From Gemmatimonadota bacterium (GTDB taxonomy: Bacteria > Gemmatimonadota > Gemmatimonadetes > Gemmatimonadales > GWC2-71-9): 64,000 bases of DNA. Numbering within the stretch: the stretch's first letter is position 1; every line of letters begins with the position of its first letter. A program made the position numbers and the translations under genes. Positions 20,507-30,520 of this stretch are shown in pieces. The stretch lies in assembly GCA_039586365.1 (NCBI GenBank), contig JBDHKN010000011.1, positions 18,060 through 82,059 on the forward strand, read 5' to 3'. A model generated the notes under the pieces. It was not told the DNA's origin. It saw nothing but the letters and a program-made list of their open reading frames with translations, and ran no database searches.

Positions 20507-21361
20507 ATGGCATGGTTTCGTAAGGAGCGGAGACGAAGAAGACTGCGCAGTGAACGTCTCGAGATCCCGCCAGACGCTTGGGACAAGTGCGAGCAGTGCG
20601 GTCACGTGGACCTGACTGACAACTTCGATCGAGCTCTGCAAGTCTGCCCGGAGTGCGGCTATCATCGTCGGATAGGTGCGCGTCGCTACATAGAGATTCT
20701 CACGGATCCCGACAGTTTCGTTGAGCTCTTCGGTCAATTACGTTCGGTGGACTCGCTCCAGTTCGAGGGCTACGCTGAGAGGATCGTAAGGGCTGAGAAG
20801 CAGGCTAACTCCCCGGACGCAATCGTTACCGGTTGGGCCACTCTGACCGGACTTGAGATCGGTATCGGAGCGATGGAGTTCAAATTCATGGGCGGCTCCA
20901 TGGGTTCCGTGGTCGGGGAGAAGATCGCTCAACTCGCTGACCGGTCGCTGCAGAAGCGGGCGCCTTTGGTTCTCGTTTCTGCTTCGGGTGGGGCGCGGAT
21001 GCAGGAGGGAGTCTTGAGCCTCATGCAACTCGCCAAGACGTCCGCTATGGTCGCATGTCTGCGAGAAGAGGGCATTCCCTACATCTCGATAATGACCAAT
21101 CCAACGACTGGGGGTGTCACCGCATCATACGCCATGCAAGGCGACGTGAATCTGGCCGAACCGGGTGCATTGATCGGATTCGCCGGGCCTCGGGTGATTC
21201 AGCAGACAATCCGTCAGGATCTCCCCGAGGGGTTCCAGACGGCCGAGTTCGTTGCGGAACACGGCATGGTGGACAGAGTAGTACCGCGCTCCGAGTTGCG
21301 TTCCACGACGAGCCAGCTCTTGCGGATGATGTTGGGGCAGCCAGCGGAGGAAACCGCCTGA
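20507..21361 (+). CDS. accD: Acetyl-CoA carboxylase carboxyltransferase beta subunit
   Basis: MAWF start, C4 zinc finger, FMGGSMG, SGGARMQEG, GFAGPRVI. Confidence 0.96.
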   Translation: MAWFRKERRRRRLRSERLEIPPDAWDKCEQCGHVDLTDNFDRALQVCPECGYHRRIGARRYIEILTDPDSFVELFGQLRSVDSLQFEGYAERIVRAEKQANSPDAIVTGWATLTGLEIGIGAMEFKFMGGSMGSVVGEKIAQLADRSLQKRAPLVLVSASGGARMQEGVLSLMQLAKTSAMVACLREEGIPYISIMTNPTTGGVTASYAMQGDVNLAEPGALIGFAGPRVIQQTIRQDLPEGFQTAEFVAEHGMVDRVVPRSELRSTTSQLLRMMLGQPAEETA

Positions 21362-22563
21362 GCATCTCCCTCCAAGAAGCCAGCAGTTATCTGTTTTCCC
21401 GTCCAACCGGTGGAATCAAGTGGTCCCTGGGGCCGACGAGAGAACTCCTGAAGGCCCTGGGTAGCCCGGAGACCCATTTCAACTCGATCCACATTGGCGG
21501 TACCAATGGAAAGGGCTCCGTCGCGGTGATGGTGGCGGAAGCAATGCGGCGTGCCGGGCACAGAGTTGGCCTCTACATATCACCGCACCTCGTAGACGTG
21601 CGCGAACGGATGTCGGTCGACTCCCAACCCATTCCGGTAGACGCGTTTTGTAGCTGGACTGAGCACCTCGCGGATGCGATCGAGCGGACCAACGCCAGCT
21701 TCTTTGAGTCGACGACTGCGATTGCCTTCGCTGACTTCGCGGCCCGCGGAGCCGAGATTGCTGTGATCGAGGTCGGACTGGGTGGACGTTTGGACAGTAC
21801 CAATGTGATTGATCCAATGGTGAGTTGCGTGACGAGTGTGAGCCTGGATCACACAGCCTATTTAGGCGATTCGCTGGAGAGCATTGCCCGTGAGAAAGCG
21901 GGCATAGCCAAAGCGGGGCGACCCTTCGTCATAGGCGAGTCGGATCCTGCTGTGGTAAGGATGCTGCAAGCCGCAGCCGAACAATCTGGTGCTCACGTGC
22001 ACGTAGTCGAGGCGGGATCAGTCTACAACGGCGCCCTCGGAATCTCGGGTTGGCCCCAAAGGCGCAACGCTGCAACTGCTCAGGCTGTGCTCGGTGTGGT
22101 TCCAGAACCCCTGCGGCCTTCCCGACTCGCAATGGCTGAGGGGCTTGCCGCGGCCTGGTTGCCGGGGAGGTTCGACCGGCGGGGACGCTGGCTCTTCGAC
22201 GTCGCGCACAACGCCAGTGCCGTCTCGGCACTAGCCGACGGCATACGCGAAGCAGACCTCTGCCGACCCATCCATGCCCTGGTTGGAATGCTGAGCGACA
22301 AGGATTGGGAGACCTTTCTCACGACGCTTCGTCCGGAAGTAGACGCCATGTGGATTTCGACTCCACCTTCAGCACCCCTGAATAGAAGGACGGATTTCTC
22401 CTGGGTGCAGCAGTATTCGGCTCTGGACCTTGAATTCGAGGCGGATTTCGACGAAGCGCTGGAACAAGCAGAGAAGGGAGCAGGGACCGTGCTGGTGACT
22501 GGATCGTTTCATACTGTGGGTGACGTGATGAGCCGCTTGCCCGGATTTGCACCGCTCGGGTAG
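21358..22563 (+). CDS. folC: Folylpolyglutamate/dihydrofolate synthase (probable CTG start)
   Basis: HIGGTNGKGS, SPHL, EVGLGGRLDSTN, DVAHN, VTGSF; start inferred. Confidence 0.92.
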   Translation: MSISLQEASSYLFSRPTGGIKWSLGPTRELLKALGSPETHFNSIHIGGTNGKGSVAVMVAEAMRRAGHRVGLYISPHLVDVRERMSVDSQPIPVDAFCSWTEHLADAIERTNASFFESTTAIAFADFAARGAEIAVIEVGLGGRLDSTNVIDPMVSCVTSVSLDHTAYLGDSLESIAREKAGIAKAGRPFVIGESDPAVVRMLQAAAEQSGAHVHVVEAGSVYNGALGISGWPQRRNAATAQAVLGVVPEPLRPSRLAMAEGLAAAWLPGRFDRRGRWLFDVAHNASAVSALADGIREADLCRPIHALVGMLSDKDWETFLTTLRPEVDAMWISTPPSAPLNRRTDFSWVQQYSALDLEFEADFDEALEQAEKGAGTVLVTGSFHTVGDVMSRLPGFAPLG

Positions 22564-22566
22564 ATT

Positions 22567-23865
22567 GTGTCGATGCAACCTCAAGGGCTGCCTGGATTTC
22601 GCGATTTCTACCCTGACGACGCAGCTCTCCGGACTCACATCTTCAACGCCTGGCGCGAAGTAGCAACTCGCTACGGATTTCAGGAGTACGACGGTCCGCC
22701 GCTCGAGCCGCTCGAGCTGTACGTGAAGAAGAGTGGGGAGGAGATCGTCGGACAGCTGTACACCTTCGAGGATCGAGGTGGGCGTGCGGTAGCGCTACGT
22801 CCCGAGATGACGCCGACGCTCGCACGCATGGTTGGGGCACGTGCGCGGGGGCTCAAGAAGCCAATCCGCTGGTTCTCATTGCCACAGCTGCTGCGCTATG
22901 AGCGGCCGCAGCGTGGCAGGCTGAGGGAGCACTTTCAGCTGAACATGGACATCATCGGTGAGTCCAGTTCTCTGGCTGATGCTGAGATCATAGCGGCAGC
23001 TATCGATATCATGCGCGCCCTAGGGCTCGGCCCGGAGGTCGTGCGAGCCAGAGTATCGGATCGGCGTGTCGTGAAAGCGCTGTTGGACGCTCGTGATCTC
23101 GATGAACGGCAGCTAGCCGCTGCCTTCCAGCACATTGACAAAGTCGACCGCGAGAAGCGCTCGGAACTGGCAGCCATGTTGGCCCAGGCGGCAAGCATTA
23201 CGACCGAACTGGCCGAATACGTGCTGTCCATCGGTGACATCAAAGGTCTTGGCGCAGTGATGGACACTCTTCATGGACTCCCGGGCGGCACTGAGCACGC
23301 TGCTGGCCTGGCCGCGTGCGTGGAAGCACTTGAGGCCATGGGGTTGGGTGAGTTTGTGGACGTGGACTTGGGCATAGTCCGTGGCTTGGCATACTACACG
23401 GGCGTCGTTTTCGAGTTGTTCGATGCAAGTAAGGCATTGCGCGCCATCTGTGGAGGCGGACGCTACGACGGTCTGTTGGGGGAATTGGGTGGCACTGATC
23501 TCCCCGCTGTAGGCTTCGGGATGGGAGATGTCGTGTTGGGTGAGTTGCTGTTGGAACGCAGAGTGAAGCCTGCCGTGCCAACGGGACTAGACGTATTCAT
23601 CGTCGCTGTCACGGGAGATGACGTGAGCCTTGTGCTGGGTCTGGGGCATCGTCTCCGCGACAGAGGTGTTCGGGTCGAATACTCACTCAAACCACAGTCG
23701 ATCGCCAAGCAGTTGAAACTCGCCGCGGCGCGTCCAGCAACCCGTGCAGTGATCATAGGACCAGACGAGAGCGCGGCGGGTGAAGCGGTGGTGCGGGATC
23801 TCAGTTCGGGTGAGGAGCGGCGAGTGGCGTTGGACGTGCTAGAAGCAGAGTATGACCTACGATGA
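22567..23865 (+). CDS. hisS: Histidine-tRNA ligase
   Basis: GFRDF, LRPEMTP, RYERPQRGRLREHFQ, RGLAYYTG, GGGRYD. Confidence 0.97.
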   Translation: MSMQPQGLPGFRDFYPDDAALRTHIFNAWREVATRYGFQEYDGPPLEPLELYVKKSGEEIVGQLYTFEDRGGRAVALRPEMTPTLARMVGARARGLKKPIRWFSLPQLLRYERPQRGRLREHFQLNMDIIGESSSLADAEIIAAAIDIMRALGLGPEVVRARVSDRRVVKALLDARDLDERQLAAAFQHIDKVDREKRSELAAMLAQAASITTELAEYVLSIGDIKGLGAVMDTLHGLPGGTEHAAGLAACVEALEAMGLGEFVDVDLGIVRGLAYYTGVVFELFDASKALRAICGGGRYDGLLGELGGTDLPAVGFGMGDVVLGELLLERRVKPAVPTGLDVFIVAVTGDDVSLVLGLGHRLRDRGVRVEYSLKPQSIAKQLKLAAARPATRAVIIGPDESAAGEAVVRDLSSGEERRVALDVLEAEYDLR

Positions 23866-23940
23866 CTGCGCATGCCGGCGCACGTTGAGTTCTACTGTTC
23901 AGCCATCGATCAGATATCCGACGATCAACAAGACTAGATA

Positions 23941-25386
23941 ATGAGCCAAGAACGAGCTGTCACACCCAGGGCTGAGGACTTCAGCCAGTGGTACAACGAT
24001 GTCATCATGCGAGCGGAGTTGGCGGACTACTCTCCTGTCCGCGGCTGCATGGTGATCCGTCCGCGGGGATACGGCATCTGGGAGCTGATGCAGCGAACCC
24101 TGGACGGCATGTTCAAGGAGACCGGGCACCAAAACGCGTACTTCCCCCTGTTCATCCCCCAGAGTTTCCTAGCCAAAGAGGCCGAACATGTGGAAGGCTT
24201 CGCTCCCGAGACAGCCGTTGTCACTATGGGTGGCGGGAAGGTACTGGATGAACCGCTTGTGGTGCGGCCGACGTCGGAGACCATCATATACGCGTCATTC
24301 GCCAAGTGGATTCAGAGCTATCGGGACCTGCCCCTGTTGTTGAACCAGTGGGCGAACATCGTGCGGTGGGAAATGCGGACACGTCTGTTCTTGCGGACCA
24401 CTGAGTTTCTCTGGCAGGAAGGTCACACCGCCCACGCAACCGATGCGGAGGCTCAGGAAGAAGCACTCCTGATTCTCGATATCTACCGAAGGTTCATGGA
24501 AGAGTGGATGGCGATGCCGGTAGTGACCGGAGTGAAGACGGACTCCGAGCGGTTTGCTGGAGCGCTTCGGACCTATGCCTGTGAAGCCCTCATGCAGGAC
24601 AATAAAGCGTTGCAGGCGGGTACGACGCATCACCTGGGGCAGAACTTCGCCAAGGCGTTTGACGTAACCTTCCAGACGGCTGACGGAGGTGTGGATCATG
24701 TTTGGAGCACTTCGTGGGGAGTTTCCACTCGGCTAGTTGGCGGCGTCATCATGAGTCATGGGGACGACACAGGTCTAGTGTGCCCACCGCGGTTGGCCCC
24801 TACCCAGGTGGTGATAGTGCCGATTTGGAAATCAGGGGAGGACAGGGCCGTCGTGATGGAGGTGAGCCAGAGGTTGCTGCGTCAATTGCGGGAAAGTGGC
24901 GTGCGTGTTGAGCTTGACGACCGTGATGGAATGAAGCCTGGGGCAAAATACTATGAATGGGAAGGCAAGGGTGTGCCGGTGAGGTTGGAGATTGGCCCCC
25001 GCGACGTCGCGCAGGACCAAGCAGTTGTGGCCCGGCGCACTGGTGGCAAGACTACCGTGAAGCTCGGTGATCTGCATCGGACGCTCAAATCTACGTTTGA
25101 TGAGGTTCAGCAACAACTCTACTCAACAGCAGTCGAAAGGCGCGAACAGAATTCCATTCGCAACGTGCGGAAGGATCAGCTTATCGAATTCATGAACGGC
25201 CGGGCGGGATTCGCATACGGCGGTTTCTGCGGCAGCGAGCGCTGTGAGCAAGAGATCAAGGACCTCACAAAGGCAACCGTGCGGGTGCTCCCGGATCCCG
25301 AATTCCGGTCCAATCCTTCTCCTGCAGAATGTGCTTGGTGCGGAATGCCTTCTATCAGCGAAGCGGTGTGGGCGAAAGCGTACTAG
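23941..25386 (+). CDS. proS: Proline-tRNA ligase (archaeal/eukaryote-like type)
   Basis: DFSQWY, RPTSET, FLRTTEFLWQEGHT, C-terminal KAY. Confidence 0.97.
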   Translation: MSQERAVTPRAEDFSQWYNDVIMRAELADYSPVRGCMVIRPRGYGIWELMQRTLDGMFKETGHQNAYFPLFIPQSFLAKEAEHVEGFAPETAVVTMGGGKVLDEPLVVRPTSETIIYASFAKWIQSYRDLPLLLNQWANIVRWEMRTRLFLRTTEFLWQEGHTAHATDAEAQEEALLILDIYRRFMEEWMAMPVVTGVKTDSERFAGALRTYACEALMQDNKALQAGTTHHLGQNFAKAFDVTFQTADGGVDHVWSTSWGVSTRLVGGVIMSHGDDTGLVCPPRLAPTQVVIVPIWKSGEDRAVVMEVSQRLLRQLRESGVRVELDDRDGMKPGAKYYEWEGKGVPVRLEIGPRDVAQDQAVVARRTGGKTTVKLGDLHRTLKSTFDEVQQQLYSTAVERREQNSIRNVRKDQLIEFMNGRAGFAYGGFCGSERCEQEIKDLTKATVRVLPDPEFRSNPSPAECAWCGMPSISEAVWAKAY

Positions 25387-26660
25387 GGTGTTCGGCGGCA
25401 ACGCTTGAACAGATCGCGGACGTGGTCGGTACGCCAGCGTACGTGTATCATGCTGACTCCATTCGTGACCGCTATCGAGACCTAAGCGATGCACTAGCAC
25501 CGTTCTCGCATCGCATCTGCTATTCAGTCAAGGCCAACAGCAATCTCGCGGTTCTTGGACTGCTTCGCAGTCTGGGGGCAGGTGCCGACATAGTGTCTGG
25601 AGGCGAGCTCGAGCGCGTCCTGAGAGCTGGGTTTGCCGGAGACAATATAGTGTTCAGTGGAGTGGCAAAGACTGCTGCCGAACTCGCGGGCGCGCTAGCT
25701 GCCGGCGTCGGGTTGATCAACGTCGAATCACCTGCTGAGCTGCGTGAACTGGATCGTGTCGCTCAGGAGAAAGACGCCATCGCAAGATTCGGCATACGAG
25801 TGAACCCCGATGTGGTTACTGAGACCCATCCCTACACGCAGACTGGTGAACGGGGGATGAAGTTCGGCGTGCCGATGCACGAGGTCTTGGAGTTAGCTCG
25901 CTGGGCTCACGGTAGAAAGCATCTCGAGCTACGTGGCATAGGTATGCATATTGGGTCACAGATAACCAGCGCGGAGAACTACCGCGAAGGAGCCTCCAAG
26001 CTAGCCGGATTGGTCGCCGATATCCGTGGCGCCGGTGTGGGGGCGCTCCAGAGTGTGGACGTGGGTGGGGGGCTTGGCATACGCTATACCGATGAAAGGG
26101 CGCTCCCCGCCGCTGAGTTCGCCGCAGCAGTGAAGCCGCTACTGGAGACCACGCGACTGACCCTGTTGGTCGAGCCCGGCCGGTTCCTGGTTGGAAACGC
26201 CGGTCTCCTGCTCACACGTTGTGTGTATCGCAAGAAGTCAGGTCGGCGAAATTTCGTAGTTGTTGACGCGGGGATGAATGATTTTCTGCGCCCAAGTCAC
26301 TATGGCGCCGTACACGATATCCGCACAATATCTGATTCGGTAGGCGACCCAGAGCCGGTCGCAGAACGTTGTGACGTCGTCGGCCCCATTTGCGAGACTG
26401 GGGATTTCCTGGGTTTCGAGCGAGATCTCCGAGTAGTGGGTTCGGGCTCGTTACTCGCCGTGCTGGGGGCGGGCGCGTATGGCTTCACCATGAGTTCCAC
26501 CTATAACTCACGACCGAGGCCACCAGAGGTGTTGATCGATGGCGACCAGTGGGCCATCGTCAGAGAACGAGAGAAGGTGGCGGACCTCATGCGTGGTGAA
26601 GTGCTGCTCGGGCAGGCAGGACTCCAGTGGAGAACAGTGGCAGAAGGTCGGAGCCAATGA
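25368..26660 (+). CDS. lysA: Diaminopimelate decarboxylase
   Basis: YSVKAN (PLP Lys), [26 protein letters not shown] start overlapping proS end inferred. Confidence 0.95.
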   Translation: MGESVLGCSAATLEQIADVVGTPAYVYHADSIRDRYRDLSDALAPFSHRICYSVKANSNLAVLGLLRSLGAGADIVSGGELERVLRAGFAGDNIVFSGVAKTAAELAGALAAGVGLINVESPAELRELDRVAQEKDAIARFGIRVNPDVVTETHPYTQTGERGMKFGVPMHEVLELARWAHGRKHLELRGIGMHIGSQITSAENYREGASKLAGLVADIRGAGVGALQSVDVGGGLGIRYTDERALPAAEFAAAVKPLLETTRLTLLVEPGRFLVGNAGLLLTRCVYRKKSGRRNFVVVDAGMNDFLRPSHYGAVHDIRTISDSVGDPEPVAERCDVVGPICETGDFLGFERDLRVVGSGSLLAVLGAGAYGFTMSSTYNSRPRPPEVLIDGDQWAIVREREKVADLMRGEVLLGQAGLQWRTVAEGRSQ

Positions 26661-28216
26661 GTAGTCTCGATAACGGAATCCTGATAATAGACTACGGTTC
26701 GCAATTCACTCAGTTGATCGCTCGCAGAGTACGTGAGGCACACGTGTATTGCGAGATTCAATCCCCCCCGAATTCCGTCGCGGCGGTCCGCGAGCGCAGT
26801 CCGAAGGGCGTCATTCTATCTGGAGGCCCCAGCTCGGTGTACGAAGAGGAAGCGCCCACAATCGAATCGGGGATCGTGGAGCTTGGTTTGCCCGTGCTTG
26901 GAATCTGCTACGGGATGGGTCTCGTTGCGCTTGCAGCAGGCGGCCGAGTCGAGCGTGCTGGCGAAGGTGAATACGGTCGGGCCGATCTGGAGATAAGAGA
27001 ATCTAGCGGCGTGTTCTCCGGTTTCGAGGCCGGAGAAGTCGTGCCAGTCTGGATGAGTCACGGAGACCGGATAACGGAATTGCCGCCCGGATTCGAAGTG
27101 ACCGCCTCGAGTCCCAATAGTCCGATAGCGTCGTTCGCGGACCGGGAGAGAGACCTCTACGGCCTGCAGTTCCATCCCGAGGTCGTGCACACACCACGGG
27201 GCCGGGAGATGCTGCATAACTTCCTGTTCCTAGTATGTGGTTGTGAGCCGAACTGGACAGCGGGTCACTTCATCACGGACCAAGTCGCAGCAATCAAGGA
27301 GCGAGTGGGGCCCAGCCAGAGAGCTATTTGTGGCCTGTCGGGTGGAGTCGACTCGGCAGTGGCCGCCATGCTGGTGTATCGGGCATTGGGCAGTCGACTA
27401 ACGTGCATATTCGTTGACCACGGTCTGTTGCGCCAGCACGAACAAGAACAGGTGGAGAGGGTATTCCGTTCACACTTGGGCATTGACCTCGTTGTCGTTG
27501 ACGCGGCGGAGCAGTTTCTCCAGCGTCTTGACGGTGTGGAAGATCCTGAGGAGAAGCGGCGGATCATCGGCCACACGTTCATCGACGTGTTCGAAGAGGC
27601 GGCCGAGAACGTAGGTGGCGATGTGGGATTCTTAGTGCAGGGGACCCTATATCCCGACGTAATCGAGTCTACATCTCCGAGGGGTGGGCCATCGGCTACC
27701 ATCAAGACACATCACAATGTGGGTGGCCTTAGACCGGACCTCCCCTTCGAGTTGATTGAACCGCTCAGAGAACTGTTCAAGGACGAAGTACGTCAGGTGG
27801 GCCGTGAGCTAGGGCTCCCCGAAGAAATCGTGGGCCGTCACCCGTTTCCGGGCCCTGGATTGGCAATTCGCGTTCTGGGCCCTGTCACACCAGAACGGTT
27901 GGAGGTCTTACGCCAATCGGACGCCATATACATCGAGGAAATCAGAGCAGCAGGCCTGTACGACGACATCTGGCAGGCGTTCACGGTCCTTCTCCCTATT
28001 CGGTCAGTGGGGGTCATGGGGGACTCTCGTACCTATGAAAACGTAGTCGCAGTGCGGGCGGTAACTAGCCGTGACGGCATGACGGCTGACTGGTATCCGC
28101 TTCCCCACGAAGTGATCGGCCGCGTGGCGAATCGAATCATCAACGAGGTCGGTGGGGTCAATCGGGTGGTCTACGATGTGAGTTCCAAACCACCCGCGAC
28201 GATTGAGTGGGAATAG
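26657..28216 (+). CDS. guaA: GMP synthase (glutamine-hydrolysing)
   Basis: [35 protein letters not shown]. Confidence 0.98.
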   Translation: MSSLDNGILIIDYGSQFTQLIARRVREAHVYCEIQSPPNSVAAVRERSPKGVILSGGPSSVYEEEAPTIESGIVELGLPVLGICYGMGLVALAAGGRVERAGEGEYGRADLEIRESSGVFSGFEAGEVVPVWMSHGDRITELPPGFEVTASSPNSPIASFADRERDLYGLQFHPEVVHTPRGREMLHNFLFLVCGCEPNWTAGHFITDQVAAIKERVGPSQRAICGLSGGVDSAVAAMLVYRALGSRLTCIFVDHGLLRQHEQEQVERVFRSHLGIDLVVVDAAEQFLQRLDGVEDPEEKRRIIGHTFIDVFEEAAENVGGDVGFLVQGTLYPDVIESTSPRGGPSATIKTHHNVGGLRPDLPFELIEPLRELFKDEVRQVGRELGLPEEIVGRHPFPGPGLAIRVLGPVTPERLEVLRQSDAIYIEEIRAAGLYDDIWQAFTVLLPIRSVGVMGDSRTYENVVAVRAVTSRDGMTADWYPLPHEVIGRVANRIINEVGGVNRVVYDVSSKPPATIEWE

Positions 28217-28222
28217 GGCGCG

Positions 28223-28675
28223 CTAGATGTCTTTTGTTTCCAGCAGTTGCAGGAACTCCTCCGGTCTCTCGAGCTTCCCGAGCAGTTCTGGAACGTCAGG
28301 TTCTTTTGCGAACTGGGCCACTTTCCCGAGCACCGGCAGGTACTGGTTCGAAACCTCGAGTGGTGGCGCCACTATGAGGAAGAAGTTGTAGACTGACTTG
28401 TCGTCTATCGCCTTGAAATCGATCCCTTCCGGCTTTCTTCCGAACGCAACGCGGAGTCGGCTGACCACTAGAGAGCGGCAGTGTGGGATGGCTATCCCCC
28501 TCCCTATTCCAGTCGATCCCAGGTTCTCCCGTCGTTTGAGCATCTTATAGAGCATACCCTCTGACTTCTCGTCCAGGGCGAGGAGCGAGATCAACTCCTT
28601 CAAGATGTCGTCTTTGGTTGTGGCTTCGAGCTTGAGCTTTATCGCGTCGGCAGAAAAGAAATCTCTGAGATGCAT
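28223..28675 (-). CDS. PTS EIIA (Fru/Ntr-type) domain protein
   Basis: RENLGSTGIGRGIAIPH (phospho-His), GIDF.AID. Confidence 0.9.
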   Translation of the reverse strand: MHLRDFFSADAIKLKLEATTKDDILKELISLLALDEKSEGMLYKMLKRRENLGSTGIGRGIAIPHCRSLVVSRLRVAFGRKPEGIDFKAIDDKSVYNFFLIVAPPLEVSNQYLPVLGKVAQFAKEPDVPELLGKLERPEEFLQLLETKDI

Positions 28676-28710
28676 GATGCGGTTTTCAGCTTGGTTGAGG
28701 TACGGTCGTT

Positions 28711-28740
28711 AACCTAATCGTGGTGGAAGTCGGCTGTCAA
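28711..28740 (-). promoter_or_regulatory. sigma70-type promoter for PTS IIA gene
   Basis: Minus strand TTGACA-N18-TAGGTT. Confidence 0.55.
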
Positions 28741-28749
28741 ACTGTCCTG

Positions 28750-28778
28750 TTGCCGGGCCAGCGGAGCAACATTAAGTT
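28750..28778 (+). promoter_or_regulatory. sigma70-type promoter for dusB, leaderless geometry
   Basis: TTGCCG-N17-TAAGTT, 6 nt before ATG 28785. Confidence 0.6.
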
Positions 28779-28784
28779 CGCGGG

Positions 28785-29768
28785 ATGGTATTCCCCTATC
28801 CGGCAGGGAACGAGGTTCCGCTGTTCCTGGCCCCGATGGCAGGTGTATCGGAGCCTCCTTTCCGGCTCCTGTGTCGTTCGTTTGGTGCCGACGTGCTGGT
28901 TTCTGAGTTCCTGTCTAGTGAGGGCCTTCGGCGCGGCGTGAAGAATGTTCACGACGGCGCTTTTTTCACGGCAAAGGAGCGACCGATCGGCATTCAGCTT
29001 TATGGGGCTCACCCCGCGGCAATGGCTGAAGCAGCCGGTCTCGTCACCGAGCACTATCAACCTGATTTCGTGGATATCAACTTCGGGTGTCCAGTCAAGA
29101 AGGTGGTAAGAAGGAATGGAGGCTCGGGTTGTCTCCAGGACCTCGGGTTGGTTCAGAGGATTGTGCGTGCAGTCCGATCCGCCACTCATCTCCCGGTAAC
29201 GGTCAAGATTCGCAGCGGGTGGGATGAAGCCACCCGGGACCCGGTCGAGATCGGTCTCCGCTGCCAGGACGCCGGTGCCCAGGTGCTCACGCTGCATCCC
29301 CGCACGCGCGCTCAGCATTACCGGGGCTTCGCCCGTTGGGATGAGATTGCGAGGGTGGTCGATGCTCTGGAGATCCCGGTTGTCGGCAATGGCGATATCA
29401 GGACGGCGGAGGATGCCGTCAGGATGTTGCGTGAGACTGGCTGTGCCGGAATCATGATCGCCCGCGGTTCGTTCGGTAACCCGTGGATCTTTCAGCAGGC
29501 GCGCGCACTGATCGACCAGAAGCGGCCGCGGCCCAGTCCGGGTGCGGCCGAGCGATTTGAAGTGGCGCTGCGGCACGCGCAGCTCCAGCTGTCAATCAAA
29601 GGTGACGATCGCCGCACGGCCGTGGAGTTCCGCAAGCATCTCGGCTGGTATACCAAGGGGCTACCGGGGGCCGCTGACTTGCGGTCCAGACTACACCGGG
29701 TGGAAACGATGGCGGACGCCGAGAGGATCTTTCGGCTGTACCTAGCCCCGCAAGAAGCGGTCGTGTGA
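28785..29768 (+). CDS. dusB: tRNA dihydrouridine synthase B
   Basis: LAPMAG, DINFGCP, PVTVKIR.GW, GNGDI, RKHLGWY. Confidence 0.94.
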   Translation: MVFPYPAGNEVPLFLAPMAGVSEPPFRLLCRSFGADVLVSEFLSSEGLRRGVKNVHDGAFFTAKERPIGIQLYGAHPAAMAEAAGLVTEHYQPDFVDINFGCPVKKVVRRNGGSGCLQDLGLVQRIVRAVRSATHLPVTVKIRSGWDEATRDPVEIGLRCQDAGAQVLTLHPRTRAQHYRGFARWDEIARVVDALEIPVVGNGDIRTAEDAVRMLRETGCAGIMIARGSFGNPWIFQQARALIDQKRPRPSPGAAERFEVALRHAQLQLSIKGDDRRTAVEFRKHLGWYTKGLPGAADLRSRLHRVETMADAERIFRLYLAPQEAVV

Positions 29769-30520
29769 TGGACATGCAACTGCAGGAGGTGCTGGAGGCT
29801 GTGGCCCGGCACGATCTGACCGTGCCGCTGGCAATTGAGCGACTGCGTCGGTTTCCGGTCGATGAATTGCCATACGCCCAGGTAGACCATCTCAGGCCCC
29901 TGGTCCAGGGGCTGGGGGAAGTGGTTTTCGGCGAGGGAAAGACGACAGAGCAGGTGGTGGGTATCTGTCAGTCGCTGGCCGAAGAGTCAGGGTCGTTCCT
30001 CGCTACCCGCACCAACAAGGTGATGCAGGATGCTCTGCAGGGTCTCTTTCCTGGGGCGGTAGTCAACACCCTAGCTCGCACCGTGTACTTGGCGCCTGAT
30101 CCGGAGCCGGAGCCCACGGGCCAGGGGAGGATTCTGGTAGTCACGGCCGGAACGAGCGACCTGCCTGTTGCTGAAGAAGCAGTTGTGGTCGCTCGCGCGC
30201 TCCGGAACGACGTCGCGACTCTGTACGACGTCGGTGTGGCTGGGATCCATCGTCTGCTCAGGAAGGCAGAACTTCTGGAGACTGCGTCAGTGGTCGTGGT
30301 GGTAGCAGGGATGGACGGTGCTTTGGCAAGTGTTGTGGGTGGCCTGGTCAGAGTCCCAGTGATAGCAGTACCGACAAGTGTGGGGTACGGTGCCTCCTTC
30401 GGGGGTGTGTCTGCGCTCCTGGCAATGCTAAACTCCTGTGCGTCGGGTGTGGTGGTGGTCAACATCGATAACGGCTTTGGGGCCGGCGCAGCCGCGTCCC
30501 GCATCAATCACGCGCCATGA
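29765..30520 (+). CDS. larB: LarB-like AIR-carboxylase-family protein
   Basis: EVVFGEGKT, AGTSDLPVAEEA, DVGVAGIHRL, VPTSVGYG, VNIDNGFGA. Confidence 0.9.
   Translation: MMDMQLQEVLEAVARHDLTVPLAIERLRRFPVDELPYAQVDHLRPLVQGLGEVVFGEGKTTEQVVGICQSLAEESGSFLATRTNKVMQDALQGLFPGAVVNTLARTVYLAPDPEPEPTGQGRILVVTAGTSDLPVAEEAVVVARALRNDVATLYDVGVAGIHRLLRKAELLETASVVVVVAGMDGALASVVGGLVRVPVIAVPTSVGYGASFGGVSALLAMLNSCASGVVVVNIDNGFGAGAAASRINHAP

Noticed and set aside
21055..21357. Long N-terminal extensions in ORF track (folC; also rplM, mreB, trpD, trpC, tal, aspS)
   Set aside because: They overlap upstream genes or promoters and lack family similarity; starts were reassigned
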